The notes under the pieces are model-generated. The model saw only the letters and a program-made list of their open reading frames with translations, was not told the origin of the DNA and ran no database searches. Positions 41,901-59,846 of a stretch of DNA of 64,000 nt are shown piece by piece. The stretch lies in assembly GCF_009914755.1 (NCBI RefSeq), contig NC_060928.1. The stretch is one strand, 5' to 3'. The translations under genes were made by a program, and so were the position numbers. Within the stretch, counting starts at the first letter, position 1. Every line of letters starts with the position of its first letter. Source of the DNA: the human T2T-CHM13v2.0 reference genome, Homo sapiens.

Positions 41901-44900
41901 GACCCCTTTACCTCTACCTCAAATATATATATTTAATATATTTTAAAATGCATTTCTACCTATAATATATACATCCCCATAGTCTTTTAAATAATTGTGA
42001 TGTGAGGGAACTTTTCTAGACACTAAAAAACAATGCTTCAGTTCAACCATCTAAGAAAACCCCAGAACAACAAAAGTAACTTTTCACCCTAGTCTCCAGA
42101 GACTTCAGTTTACCTCCTAAACAAAAACCAGCAACATAATTCATCTAATCCTCTTCATGTCAGAAGACAAGGTAGAACACCACTGTAAAGTAATTGCGTG
42201 AATATGAACATAGAGAAGTTCCGCTTATGCATTTTTTAGCACCGTTCTTAGAGCAGCCTGAGGTTTTCCCTAGTATGAGCAAGATCAGTCCCGGGGCTGC
42301 AGGGGAGCCTCTCTCTGGGCTTTAGGTTGGTCATTTTATTCATAATGAACTGAGGTCCATATTGTCAGCTTTCTAACCCGTCACTTTGGGTATAAGAAAT
42401 GTAGTTCCTTCTCCCAAAGAAGCAGAAAAAAGAAAAAATTCCTCTGAGTCTTCTAATGTCTTGGCCTTTTTCATTACAAGGAATCGATAGAAGAAAGGAG
42501 GCTCTAGAAGTTTCTAAACATTTTGGCGAACAGCAGGACAGTTGTGGGCTGGGTTGTTTTCAGAATCTTTTTTTTTGAATTATTATGTATGGTAAACTAA
42601 TGATTACATTTATATTTTTTTCCAGGAGTAAAAATACATAAATTAACAGGAGAAATATTCTCTTAAACTATTCTATGGTACTTTTAAACAAGATATAATG
42701 TCCCAAAAGGAGCAATGCTTGGAGACTGGTATTCAGGTTTGGTAATTCCCTTTGTTTGATTTTAAGACCCAGGAACACAAGCTAAGACAATGGCCTTTTT
42801 CAATTGATTTTGAAATGTACAAGTGTCATAAAAGGAACAAATGGAAATGCATAATAAGCAACACACTGTAGGAATCTGAAAGAGAAAAGAAAATAATCAG
42901 TTTCATTATTAGTTAGTTTAAAGCTGTAATTGTTCCAGGGAACAATGGAATCCTAGAACTGCCCTTTTGAAAGGTAACTACATTGTCTTGCTTAAAGGAT
43001 TCTGAATATTTTGTAGCCCTCAATGTTGATTTCCAAGACAGTACTCAAATTCTGCCTCCCAATATCTTATATAATGCTAATATTATTATAGCTAATAATA
43101 CCTAATGTTGAGTTATGTTGAGTAAGTGTTCATATAAAAATCAGAGAACTTTCACTAGTATTCTAGAATAATGGAGAAAAAAATTTTTAGAAGCTTCAGG
43201 GCGTGACTCATGAGAGAATAATATTTCCCTTGACATCATTATACTGTAACACAGTATATTTACCTTGCAATAAGATGTTTTAATTCATTCAACTTACTTC
43301 AATTAAACCTATTGTATGCACTTTACTATTTTAGGTACTGCACATTATGCAAAAGAATTATGAAATGTGATACCTGCTCTTAAGTAACTGACCGTCCTCT
43401 CAGTAGAAAAAAATCATATATAGGAAGAATTTAATATTAACATAGTAAATCTTAGATTGTCTGTAATGTACTATAAAAAAATGTGTAAATGGGAGTCAGA
43501 AGCTAAAGTTTGTTAGTCCCAGCTCCACTACAACTCTGTAAGTAACATACATTCTCTTGGACTCAGTTTAATTATTGGTAAAATGAAGCAGGTGGATTTG
43601 AATGACAGCTAAATGTCCTTTCGGTGATGGCATTTTAAAAATGCCAAAAACCAAAGTATCTAAAAATTTGCATGAAGAGGAAAGAAAGATGAATTCAAAA
43701 AAAGAGGACATCAACTTGGGCTGGGATGCTGGGGAGGACTTCATGGAAGAAGGGAGTCAATCTGACTTCTTGGAACAGTGGGGTTAATGTTGCTGCATCC
43801 TTTTTCACTGACCCACTGACCATGTGCGCTTGTAGCAGGCAAAGTGGCTGCTGCAATATCTAGATGTTTGAAGGTGTTTCTAAAAGCTTAAGTAGAAAGT
43901 AATTAAAGGTGAAAGGTTTTCATGTTTTTAAAAAAGGTGTCCATCTTAGTACTTTGCTTTATTTCCATGACATCATCAAAAGGTGTGTGTAAAAACAGAC
44001 AATGTTAGGTAAAGACAGGCTGATAGACAACATGTAGAAAAATGTCAGGGCAGAAACACATTTATACTACTAAAAATATTGTTATTGTAAAGTTTATTCG
44101 TGTGTGTGCTCAGTTCTTTAAGCCTCTTCTTATCATTTTTATGTAATGTTTTGTTTTGGTTTTTGCTTTGGTTTTTTGTCATGAGTTCCCCAGTATATAT
44201 TATTCCCACTATATAAGTATAATGCCTTGGAAAATTTCTACGACGTTCTAACCATCAAAACATTGTACGATAAACTACCATCCAAAACAGATGAAGGGTT
44301 ATACACACTAGTGGACAGGTAGAGCTAACAATCTATTTCTTTGCTCCAAAAGAACAGCCTAAATACTAAGAAACTTTGATAAAGTAGCCAAATCCACCAA
44401 TCAGTGTGACTGTTGCCAAGACATTTCATGATTTCTTGGGGAAGTCCCTCAAGTCATGACGGGAGCACTTGGTAACTTTATGTTGTTCTTACCGTCCTCT
44501 TTGAGGCTCAATGACCTCATATCTGGGAGAGAAGTTTTAAAAAGGCTGCCATTAACAAGAGTCCAGCATCTCCCAGGAGCTTGTTATTATCCTAGAAATA
44601 TACTTTCCTACTTTCTTTACTCTTTTTACCTTCATAGTACTAAAGTGACAAATATAGTCAAGACACCTGAGGAAAGGCATTGCCTAAAAGAGTGTTAGTT
44701 TAAACACACATGCTTGGAAAATCCAAACATACAGGAATAAATATAAGACCCTAGACATATGTATATTTTAAAATATTAGTAACCATTTCTACCTTATCAA
44801 GAACATTTTATCAAAAATCCAAGGACTATCAATAGATTGGATACTTCAGTTGGTATCTCCAGTTCTTTGAGCAACATTGCATTATGCTCTGCAAAGACAG

Positions 44901-45933
44901 GGGTGTTTTAAGTATGAAGATATTCTTTAATATAATCCCCTCTCTTTCCTCCTGAGGATTTTCATATTTTCTTATTACTATTTTAAATGTTATTTTCTGT
45001 CAATTATTAGTAACTGAAAAAGTACGAGAGCCATTGATTAATTTGAGCATTTTCCCCATTGTAGAAAATAGTTAAATGGATAAAAAATTTCTTGTTCTCT
45101 GTTTTAATATCTATGGAGAATATCTCAATGTTTTGGATGTTTTATGTCCCACAGCAATCATTGTTTTAAACTGTTGTTCTCAAAACCACTATTTCTTTTT
45201 GTAAAAATTATACTTTACAATTTTATTGAGTATTCAGATTTACATACTACATTCATCTATTAATACTCTGTCTGCATCCATTGATCCTAACATTCTGTGC
45301 TTTAGAATATCGTATATTAACTTTTAGGTATTCACATATATCTGTGTAAAATTATTCTATGATGTGATGTAATACTGTAATGTTCAAAAACTTCAACTTT
45401 ATCACCTCTATTTTTCTAAGGAAATAAGCCATTCTTAATAACACTATGTTCCCCTAAGAAGTCTAGATATTAAGTACATATATATAGATGGATGAATTTA
45501 AAACATCTAAATATTAAAGAAATAACTCTGATTTCTAATTTAGAGGAGAGAGAACATTTTTTAAAGGAGAAGTTACAATAATAAGTAAGATAAAAATTAC
45601 CTTTTTATTTTTTATAAAAGAGAATCTAGTGTTGACTTCCTTTTTCTTCCCTACTTTAGGATAGAAAATTTTCTAGAAAACTTTAAAAACTAATTTTCTA
45701 ATATACCATAAGAACACTATGCATGGTATGAAAGTGACAGCAAATTGATATCTTGCAGTACTTCCTTTTGACAGTAAGACATGTATAGGAGAAGTCAATA
45801 GACAGAAAGTATCTTGTTTATAAGCAAATTCTATTTGTTTTGTAAAATGAAAAATATAATTATTGATACCAACTTTTTTTTCTTATCACTAAAACTTTAG
45901 CAATGCATAACATATCTTGAGGATAAGTAGTTC

Positions 45934-46236
<303 letters not shown>

Positions 46237-47438
46237 CAAGTAGTTCTTTTTTCTCTGTTATAGAAATAAGTCAAATGCTGTATGTTTAAGACAATAATTT
46301 GCATAAAGAAAACATTAGTCAAAGAGGGTTGAGACAAATGCCTAATGTGTTTTCTTGGTTGAAAATAACAATACACTGAGAAATACACTGAACCATGTGT
46401 AGTTTGTATATTTCAACATCTTGCAAAATCAGCTACTCTTTCCATGCACAAATGTTCTACAGCTGATTTTACAAAATAGGCAGCGATGTTTGTCCAAGTA
46501 CCTGATTCAGCAGCTGCCCACATTTTTTATTATGAAAAATGAGGATTAATTGATGAGGTTGAACTTCCTTCTAAAGAATCATACTTTGAAAATTTAACAT
46601 CTTTTTTTTGGTTGGCAACTGAGTGTTGCTGAACTTAAATGTTGGTATTTTCAAGTTAAAGAGTAGATGGAGAAGGTAACGTACATCAATTTAAACAAAC
46701 AAACAAAAAAAACCCCAGGAATCATATGGCTAACTTTTTACTACTTTTTACACCTGCTGTTTACTGTTCTGTTTTCAGTTACGAATTGCAAAATAATTTT
46801 AGCAAACTACAAATGTTTGATTTGAAAGTTATTTGACCTTATTTTTCTTCATTGAGGAAAACTGGATACTTTCTATGACAATGATTTGGAAAACAGATAA
46901 AATTATTCTATAAACAAAATATTGATGTATTTTAAATCCAATGGATATGTTCTGGGGACTGAAAAGATGACAGAGATTAATTAGATATGAATCTCATTTT
47001 CAAGGAAATATTGGACATCAGGAGAAAAGGACATATATTCAAATCACTATTGTTTCTGCAAATAAATTGCATTGTCAGTTTAGGCAACTCATTTCAATTC
47101 TGTGATCCGTGATTTCTCTACGTATGAGTCCTTAGAGTTTGCAAATTCTATGATTCTGTGATATTTTTTGAATCTCATAAATGCAAATAAATATATATAT
47201 ATAAGAAATATTTTTAAAACTAAAAAAAGTTCCACTAAGTTTTTCTGGGTCCATGTAACTTTTTAAACTTTGCGATAGAACGGTTTTCAAATATACACAA
47301 AGATACAGGGGATAGGATGATGAATAGCATATATCTGATAAGCTAGATGTACTACCTATTGTTTCTTTTCCTGAAACATTTTTGTGTAAACGACAGACAT
47401 CATGACACTTCGCTCCTAAATACTTCATTATGCAATGG

Positions 47439-49885
47439 TGTATTAGTCTATAAAGAACTGCCTGAGACTGGGTAATTTATAAATGGAAGATGTTTAATTG
47501 ACTCATAGTTCTGCATGGTTGTGGGGGCCTGAGGAAACTTGCAATCATGGCAGAAGGCAAGGGGGAAGCAGGCAGCTTCTTCACAAGGTGGCTGGAGACA
47601 GAGAGAGGGCAGGGGAAGCTGCCACTTTTAAACCATCAGATCTCATGAGGACCTCCTCACTGTCATGAGAACAGCATGGGGGAAACCGTCCCCACAATCC
47701 AATCACCTCCCACCAAGTCCCTCTCTTGACATGTGGGGACTACAATTCCAGATGAAATTTGGGTGGGGACACAGAGCCAAACCATATCATTCTGCTATTT
47801 GTTAGTCTATAAAGAACTGCCTGAGACTGGGTAATTTATAAATGGAAGACGTTTAATTGACTCATAGTTCTGCATGGCTCGGGGGGCCTGAGGAAACTTA
47901 CAATCATGGCAGAAGGCAAGGGGGAAACAGGCATCTTCTTCACAAGGTGGCCGGACAGAGAGAGAGAGAGAGAGGGCAGGGGAAGCTGCCACTTTTAAAC
48001 CATCAGATCGCATGAAGACCTCTTCACTGTCATGAGAACAGCACGGGGGAAACCATCCCCATGATCCAGTCACCTCCCACCAGCTCCCTCCCTTGACATG
48101 TGGGGATTACAATTCAAGATGAAATTTGGGTGGGGATACAGGGCCAAACCGTATCATTCTGCCACTGGCCCCTCCCAAGTTTCATGTCTTTTTCACATTT
48201 CAAAACCAACTGTGCCTTTTCAACAGTCCCCCAAAGTCTTAACTCATTCCAGCATTAACTCAAAAGTCTAAGTACAAAGTCTCATCTGAGACAAGGCAAG
48301 TTCTTTCTGCCTATGAGCTGGTAAAATAAAAAACAAGTTACTTACTTCCAAGAAACAATGGGGGTTACAAGCATTGGGTAAATGTTCACATTCCACATGG
48401 GAGAAATTGACCAAAACAAAGGGGCCCCATGAAAGTTCACAACCCAGTAGGGCGATCATTAGAGCTTAAAATTCCAAAATGATTTCCTTTGTCTCCATGT
48501 CTCACATCCAAGGCATGCTGATGCAAAGGATGGGCTCCCAAGGCATTAGGCAGCTCCACTCCTGTGGCTCTGCAGGGCACAGCCCCTGGGGTCACTTTCA
48601 CAGGCTGGCATTGAGTGCCTGTGGCTTTTCTACATGCACAATGCAAGCTGTCAGTGGATCTACCATTCCGGGGTCTGGAGGACAGTGACCCTCTTCTCAC
48701 AACTCCATTAGGTGGTGCCCCAGTAAGGAATCTGTGTAGGGGCTCCAACCCCACATTTTCCTTCCACACTGCCCTAGCGGAGGGATATCCAGGCATTTCC
48801 ATACATGCTCTGAAATCTAGGTGGAGGCTTCCAAGCCTCAATTCCTGACCTCTGGGCACCCACAGGCCCAATACCACATAAAAGCCACCAAGGCTTGGGG
48901 CTTGTACCCTTTGAAGGAACAGCAGAGCTGCATTTTGGACCCTTTTAGCCACAGCTGAAACTGGAGCGCCTGGGAAACAGGGCACCAAGTCGCAAGGCTA
49001 CACACAGCAGCTGGTCCCTGGACCAGCCCATGAAGCCATTTTTCTTCTCCTAGGCCTCCAGGTCTGTGATGGTAGGAGCTGCTGTAAAGATCTCTTACAT
49101 GTGCTGTGGACATTTTCCTCATTGTCTTGGCTGTTAACATTTGTCTCCTCATTACTTATGAAAATTTCTGCAGCTGGCTTGAATTTCTCCCCAGAAAAAT
49201 GGGTTTTTGTTTTCTACCACATGAGCAGGCTTCAAATTTTCCAAACTTTTATTCTCTGCTTCCCTTTTAAACATACGTTCCAAATTCAAACCACCTCTTT
49301 GTGAATACATATGACTGAACACTTTCAGAAACAGCCAGGTCACATCTTGAATGATTTGCTGCTTAGAAATTTCTTCCACCAGATACCTTAAATCATCTCT
49401 CTCAAGTTCAAAATTCTACAGATCTCTAGGGTAGGGGCAAAATTTTGCTACGCTCTTTGCTAGATCATAACATGAGTGACCTTTACTCTAGTTCCCAAAA
49501 ATTTCCTCATCTCCATCTGGGACCATCTCAGTCTGGACTTCACTGTCCATATCACCATAAGCATTTTGGTCACAACCATTCAAAAGTCTCTAGGAAGTTC
49601 TAAACTGCCCTACATCATTCTCTCTTTTTCTGAGCGCTCTAAATTGTTCCAACCTCTGCCCGTTACCCAGTTCCAAAGTCACTTCCACATTTTCAGGTTA
49701 TCTCAGTACCAATTTCCTGTATTGGTCCATTTTCACACTGCTATAAAGAACTGCCTAAGACTGGTTAATTTATAAAGGAAAGAGGTTTAATTGACTCACA
49801 GTTCTGCATGGCTGGGGAGGCCTCAGGAAAGCTACAATTATGGTGGAAGGCAAAGGGGAAGCAGGTGCCTTCTTCACAAGGTGGC

Positions 49886-49926
<41 letters not shown>

Positions 49927-50137
49927 AGAGAGGGAGGGAGAAGAGATAGAGAGAGAGACAGCAGGGGAAACTGCCACTTTAAATCATCAGTTCTCATGAG
50001 AACTTCCTCACTATCATGAGAACAGCATGGGGAACCATCACCACGATCCAATCCCTCCCACCAGGTCCCTCCCTCGACAAGTGAGGATTACAATTCAAGA
50101 TGAGACTTGGGTGGGGACACATAGTCAAATCATATAA
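47439..50137 (-). mobile_element. THE1D/MSTA-type ERVL-MaLR provirus: LTR-LTR-internal-LTR
   Basis: LTRs at about 47439-47789, 47801-48156 and 49718-50137, with about 1.56 kb of MaLR internal sequence. 5-bp TSD AATGG at 47434-47438 and 50138-50142. Confidence 0.9.
49888..49958. repeat. (GA)n/GGGA polypurine expansion inside the LTR
   Basis: Read directly. Confidence 0.9.
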
Positions 50138-51397
50138 AATGGCATCACGAATCCATCATCACACCTCACCAAGTTAATAAAGATTTCTTAATACCAGCTG
50201 TGAGTGAGTCCATGTTAATAACTACTTAATTGTCCCCAAATATCTCTTACAGAAGGATCCAGTCACTGTCTAGGCATTGCATTTTGGTGTTACATCTTTT
50301 TCAGTCTAGACTGGTTTTTCAGCCTCTCTCATGTTGTTTTTTGAATGTCATGGATTATTTTTTCATGATATTCACATGTTCAAGACATAGATATCTTGTA
50401 CAATAGAATGTCTCATATTATGGATTCAGCCTATAGTTTATTTTTAAAAGTTTTACCTCTTTCTCTAGACTTTTCTATTCATACTGTTCACAGAAGCAAC
50501 TTTTTGGAATGTTTGCTGGAAAATAGTATTTAATCATGTAGATGTTGATAGTTTTTGCAAATGAATACTGGGTTCAGGGTTACTATAGTTTAAATTCAGG
50601 ATATATTTGAATACCCCAAACAGCACGAATTAAAATACTTAAAAAGTTATACTATGGTTTCAGTTATATGTGATTGAAAATTGAGCTTCCTTCTATTTAA
50701 AATAGCACTCTATGATTTGATTGATATCTTCAGTGTGTAGAGTCACAGAAATAGGAAGCCAAATTATATGGAGTCACCATTCCTGTTTAATTTCTACCTC
50801 CTCCTGTTACAATCATAGCAGACTCTGTCGGTGCCTTGCCCTATCCCTCTGATCTTTCAGTACATCACGCACAGTTTTGCACCATTTACCAGAATTTCTC
50901 CCACGTGATTAAGCTGTTGTCATCCACTGTGGTAGCTGATTTAATGAGTTCCCCTTATTGGCAAGCTTTATTTCCCTGTGTGATTTCCGCAATGCCTTAC
51001 CAGTGTTCTCACTATTTCCCATATAAACTATTTGGACTCAAATCCTTGTGTCAAATTTTGCTTCTAGAAAAACCCATCTAAGACAACCATCTCTATACCA
51101 GACATGGTGACTGTTGGCACAAATCTGAAAGACTAAGATCTGTTTCATCTTCATATTTGCTCATATGCAAGTCAATCTGCAAAGAACACAGTCCCGCGCC
51201 CCCTATTCTCTCTCTGAGAAGATATTCATCTTCATTTTTAACATTTAGTTTTTTATATATTATGTATGTATATAAAGAATAATTCCACAAAGCTTGTTAA
51301 AAAAAATTGTTCACCTTCACGTCTCCAATCTCCTGCTTTTTAGAAGCAACTATTTTTGATGTTTGCAGTAGATTCTTTTGGGACTTGTTGCAATAAC

Positions 51398-51704
51398 TTT
51401 TTTTTTTTTTTTTTTTTTTTGAGATGGAGTTTCGCTCTGTTGCCCAGACTGGAGTGCAGTGGCATGATCTTGGCTCACTGCAACCTCTGCCTCCTGGGTT
51501 CAAGCGATTCTCCTGCCTCAAGCCTCCCAAGTAGCTAGTATTACAGGCGTCCGTCACCACACCTGGCTAATTTTTGTATTTTTAATAGAGACGGGGTTTT
51601 ACCATGTTGGTCAGGCTGGTCTTGAACTCCTGACCTCATGATCCACCCGCTTCGGCCTCCCAAAGTGCTGGGATTACAGGCGTGAGCCGCCACCATGCCC
51701 GGCC
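51398..51704 (-). mobile_element. AluS (Sg/Sc-like)
   Basis: Reverse Alu ending CCCGGCC with ACCTCATGATCC. TSD AATAACTTTT. Confidence 0.95.
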
Positions 51705-52084
51705 AATAACTTTTAATCATATGATTATACTGCTGTTTCTTGATTATTTGATTTTGGGCATTGTCTCTTCAGTTTTCAAAATGGAAGAAGATGATTTAGT
51801 GTCTTTCACTGGCATTAATATCACACAGACGCACAAACATTCCTGTTCCACAATTCTTCTAATATAATTATATCATAATTTGGTTAAATACATATATTGT
51901 TCACGTTAGTTAAACTATATAAACACTAAGAGTAGAGATGTATTATTAGTATTTTTCTTTTTTCTAGAAAGTTTGGTTTTCTTTTGAAATGGAAAGTTAT
52001 TCCACATTTTTAAAAATTTCGTTTTATTCAATCAAAAATTTATCTGAACAAAAAACTGCTAAAAGCATGAAAGTACCTGCTGCA

Positions 52085-52490
52085 GGCTGCAAGAAAATGT
52101 TAGCAAAACACATATCTGATAAAGGTTATTGGACTGGCATCCAAAGTACACACACAAAAGAACCTTTTAAAACTTAACAATAAGAAAACAACAACCCAAT
52201 TAACAAATGGGTAAAATACCTGAACAGACACCTCACCAAAGAAGATATACGCTGATGGCAAATACCCATTTGAAGACAAGCTTAACATAATAGGTCATGA
52301 GGGAATTGGGAGTTAAAACAGCAAGAAGATGCCACTACATACGTAGTAGAATGACTAAAATTCAAACATTCACACCACCAAATGCTGGCAAGGATGTGGA
52401 GCGGCAGGAAGTCTCATTTATTATTGGTGGGAATGCAAAATAGTATGGTTTGCAGTTTCTTACAAAACTAAACATACTCTAACCATATAA
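52085..52490 (+). mobile_element. Old L1M ORF2 3' fragment
   Basis: catatctgataaagg...aacagacacctcaccaaagaagatatac...aaatgctggcaaggatgtggag...aaaactaaacatactc. Confidence 0.8.
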
Positions 52491-53221
52491 AAATTTGGTT
52501 AATTTTCTATTTACATATCATTAATTCAACCTCAAACTCTCCCCCACTGGGTAAATTTCTCTCATTGTGCTCTAATAATAAGATGTTCTGTCACTTTCAT
52601 CTTGAAGAAATCTATCTCACCACATTCTCAGACCTGATTGACAGTTTGAGTGTGTATAGAATCTGGGTTAGAAATAATATTTTTCCCCAAAACTTTCAAG
52701 ATTTTGCTCCAATCTTTTTTTTTAATTCTCTTTGAAAGTTTATAGGACCTTCTTTGTTTTTTCCTGGTTTTCTGAAATTTTGACATTTCATAATGATGAA
52801 TCAAATGGTCATGAATCTATTACTATGCATTGTGTTGAGCATGCGTAAGGTACTTCAGTCTGTAAAATCACATTCTTTAGTTTGATAGAAATTGTTTGAA
52901 TTTATCCTTTGAAAACTCCCCCATCTCAATTTTCTTAAGTCTTCCTTTATGAAATTCTTATTCTTTGGATGGTGTGCCTCCTAAATAAGTCCTCTAAATG
53001 GTTTTATTTTTTTTTTATTATACTTTAAGTTTTAGGGTACATGTGCACATTGTGCAGGTTAGTTACATATGTATACATGTGCCATGCTGGTGCGCTGCAC
53101 CCACTAACTCGTCATCTAGCCTTAGGTATATCTCCCAATGCTATCCCTCCCCCCTCCCCCCACCCCACCACAGTCCCCAGAGTGTGATATTCCCCTTCAT
53201 GTGTCCATGTGATCTCATTGT

Positions 53222-57046
<3,825 letters not shown>

Positions 57047-57109
57047 TATGATGTTAGCTGGTGATTTTGCTCGTTAGTTGATGCAGTTTCTTCCTAGTCT
57101 GGATGGTCT

Positions 57110-58126
57110 TTACATTTTGGCATGATTTTGCAGCAGCTGGTACCGGTTGTTCCTTTCCATGTGTAGTGCTTCCTTCAGGAGCTCTTTTAGGGCAGGCCTG
57201 GTGGTGACAAAATCTCTCAGCATTTGCTTGTCTGTAAAGTATTTGATTTCTCCTTCACTTACGAAGCTTAGTTTGGCTGGATATGAAATTCTGGGTTGAA
57301 AATTCTTTTCTTTAAGAATGTTGAATATTGGCCCCCACTCTCTTCTGGCTTGTAGGGTTTCTGCCCAGAGATCCGCTGTTAGTCTGATGGGCTTCCCTTT
57401 GAGGGTAACCCGGCCTTTCTCTCTGGCTGCCCTTAACATTTTTTCCTTCATTTCAACTTTGGTGAATCTGACAATTATGTGTCTTGGAGTTGCTCTTCTC
57501 GAGGAGTATCTTTGTGGCGTTCTCTGTATTTCCTGAATCTGAACGTTGGCCTGCCTTGCTAGATTGGGGAAGTTCTCCTGGATAATATCCTGTAGAGTGT
57601 TTTCCAACTTGGTTCCATTCTCCGCATCACTTTCAGGTACACCAATCAGACGTAGATTTGGTCTTTTCACATAGTCCCATATTTCTTGGAGGCTTTGCTC
57701 ATTTCTTTTTATTCTTTTTTCTCTAAACTTCCCTTCTCGCTTCATTTCATTCATTTCATCTTCCATTGCTGATACCCTTTCTTCCAGTTGATCGCATCGG
57801 CTCCTGAGGCTTCTGCATTCTTCACGTAGTTCTCGAGCCTTGGTTTTCAGCTCCATCAGCTCCTTTAAGCACTTCTCTGTATTGGTTATTCTAGTTATAC
57901 ATTCTTCTAAATTTTTTTCAAAGTTTTCAACTTCTTTGCCTTTGGTTTGAATGTCCTCCCATAGCTCAGAGTAATTTGATCATCTGAAGCCTTCTTCTCT
58001 CAGCTCGTCAAAATCATTCTCCATCCAGCTTTGTTCCGTTGCTGGTGAGGAACTGCGTTCCTTTGGAGGAGGAGAGGCGCTCTGCGTTTTAGAGTTTCCA
58101 GTTTTTCTGTTCCGTTTTTTCCCCAT
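57110..58126 (-). pseudogene. ORF1: L1 ORF1p (RNA-binding/chaperone) with premature stop R49*
   Basis: Starts MGKKRNRKTGNSK, spans the correct 1017 nt, and has TGA at 57980-57982 (CGA>TGA). Confidence 0.95.
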
Positions 58127-59030
58127 CTGTGTGGTTTTATCTACTTTTGGTCTTTGATGATGGTGATGTACAGATGGGTTTTCGGTGTGGATGTCCTTTC
58201 TGTTTGTTAGTTTTCCTTCTAACAGACAGCACCCTCAGCTGCAGGTCTGTTGGAATACCCTGCCGTGTGAGGTGTCAGTGTGCCCCTGCTGGGGGGTGCC
58301 TCCCAGTTAGGCTGCTCGGGGGTCAGGGGTCAGGGACCCACTTGAGGAGGCAGTCTGCCCATTCTCAGATCTCCAGCTGTGTGCTGGGAGAACCACTGCT
58401 CTCTTCAAAGCTGTCAGACAGGGACATTTAAGTCTGCAGAGGTTACTGCTGTCTTTTTGTTTGTCTGTGCCCTGCCCCCAGAGGTGGAGCCTACAGAGGC
58501 AGGCAGGCCTCCTTGAGCTGTGGTGGGCTCCGCCCAGTTCGAGCTTCCCGGCTGCTTTGTTTACCTAAGCAAGCCTGGGCAATGGTGGGCGCCCCTCCCC
58601 CAGCCTCGCTGCCGCCTTGCAGTTTGATCTCAGACTGCTGTGCTAGCAATCAGCGAGACTCCGTGGGCGTAGGACCCTCCCAGCCAGGTGCGGGATATAG
58701 TCTCGTGGTGCGCCGTTTTTTAAGCCGGTCTGAAAAGCGCAATATTCGGGTGGGAGTGACCCGATTTTCCAGGTGCGTCCGTCACCCCTTTCTTTGACTC
58801 GGAAAGGGAACTCCCTGACCCCTTGCGCTTCCCAGGTGAGGCAATGCCTCGCCCTGCTTCGGCTCGCGCACGGTGCGCGCACCCACTGGCCTGCGCCCAC
58901 TGTCTGGCACTCCCTAGTGAGATGAACCCGGTACCTCAGATGGAAATGCAGAAATCACCCGTCTTCTGCGTCGCTCACGCTGGGAGCTGTAGACCGGAGC
59001 TGTTCCTATTCGGCCATCTTGGCTCCTCCC
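58127..59030. promoter_or_regulatory. L1 5'UTR with internal sense promoter and antisense promoter
   Basis: CpG-rich, with an intact YY1 site (AAGATGGCC on minus, 59012-59020). Confidence 0.85.
58582..58797 (+). CDS. ORF0: L1 antisense ORF0, 71 aa, intact
   Basis: MVGAPPPASLPPCSLISDCCASNQRDSVGVGPSQPGAGYSLVVRRFLSRSEKRNIRVGVTRFSRCVRHPFL matches the primate L1 ORF0. Start context is GCAATGG. Confidence 0.8.
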   Translation: MVGAPPPASLPPCSLISDCCASNQRDSVGVGPSQPGAGYSLVVRRFLSRSEKRNIRVGVTRFSRCVRHPFL

Positions 59031-59846
59031 TCAAATGTTTTTTTTTTAATCATTTATATTTTGTCTCCATTTTCCCATCTCTTGTCTTTTCAACTTTCTT
59101 ATAACATTTTGTTTGCCAAGACTCCTCCTACCTTGTACATTCAATTTCAAAGCAATTTTAAAATGGCTGTGTTTTTCTTTTTTATAATATTCTATTCTTT
59201 TGTCACAAGTGCATATATTTTCTTGTTCCTCTGAAGCTACTGTTGTTAATTGATGGGTCTTGTTTTCTTTTTTTCTTGCATGACTTCTAGTATGCTGGCT
59301 TTCTTGTTTTCGTCTTTGCCTTTCATTTTACATATTCTCCTCAAAGACTAGAAACCTTTGCAGTCAACTTATACCTACAGATGTAGAAAGGAAGAACTGT
59401 ATGCAAGCTCTCTGTGCTTCGGTAGGTGTGTTTGCTGTGGTTCCCACACTGGGTTGGCCTGACTGAGCAGTTCCTTGGGAGAACCCCCAGAGTCAGTGTA
59501 TTTTCTCTAGGGCTGGCCAGATTCACCAGAGAAGGTTCTTTCAGTGTCCTGCCTGGAAATTTAAAGTCTTGCTGCCAGCATACTGAGTTAAGTGAGTTTA
59601 AAAAATTGGAATTTCACTCAACATTCATCGTGTAGACATGTATTTCCAATATGTGATCTCCTTTCTCAATCACCCTAGCGTTTTGTCATCTCCGGAGATG
59701 AAACCTCCATTCCTGGGGTGCTAGAGAAAAATGAAAGGAAGTAACGTGGTTGTAGGCCAGGATCTGCAGGCCTAACTGCTACTTAAGCAGATTTCAGCCA
59801 ATGCTCTGTGTACCAACTCCAGGGCTACTTGGTGCGACCAATACAT

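Larger units (their letters stand above)
47260..50440. mobile_element. L1MC4/5-like 3' end relic hosting the MaLR provirus
   Basis: cagacatcatgacacttcgctcctaaatacttca lies left of the provirus and resumes as ccatcatcacacct...cttaatacca on the right. Confidence 0.55.

Noticed and set aside
48437-48988. 183-aa ORF and overlapping ORFs
   Set aside because: They lie in the decayed MaLR internal region and do not form an intact retroviral gene.
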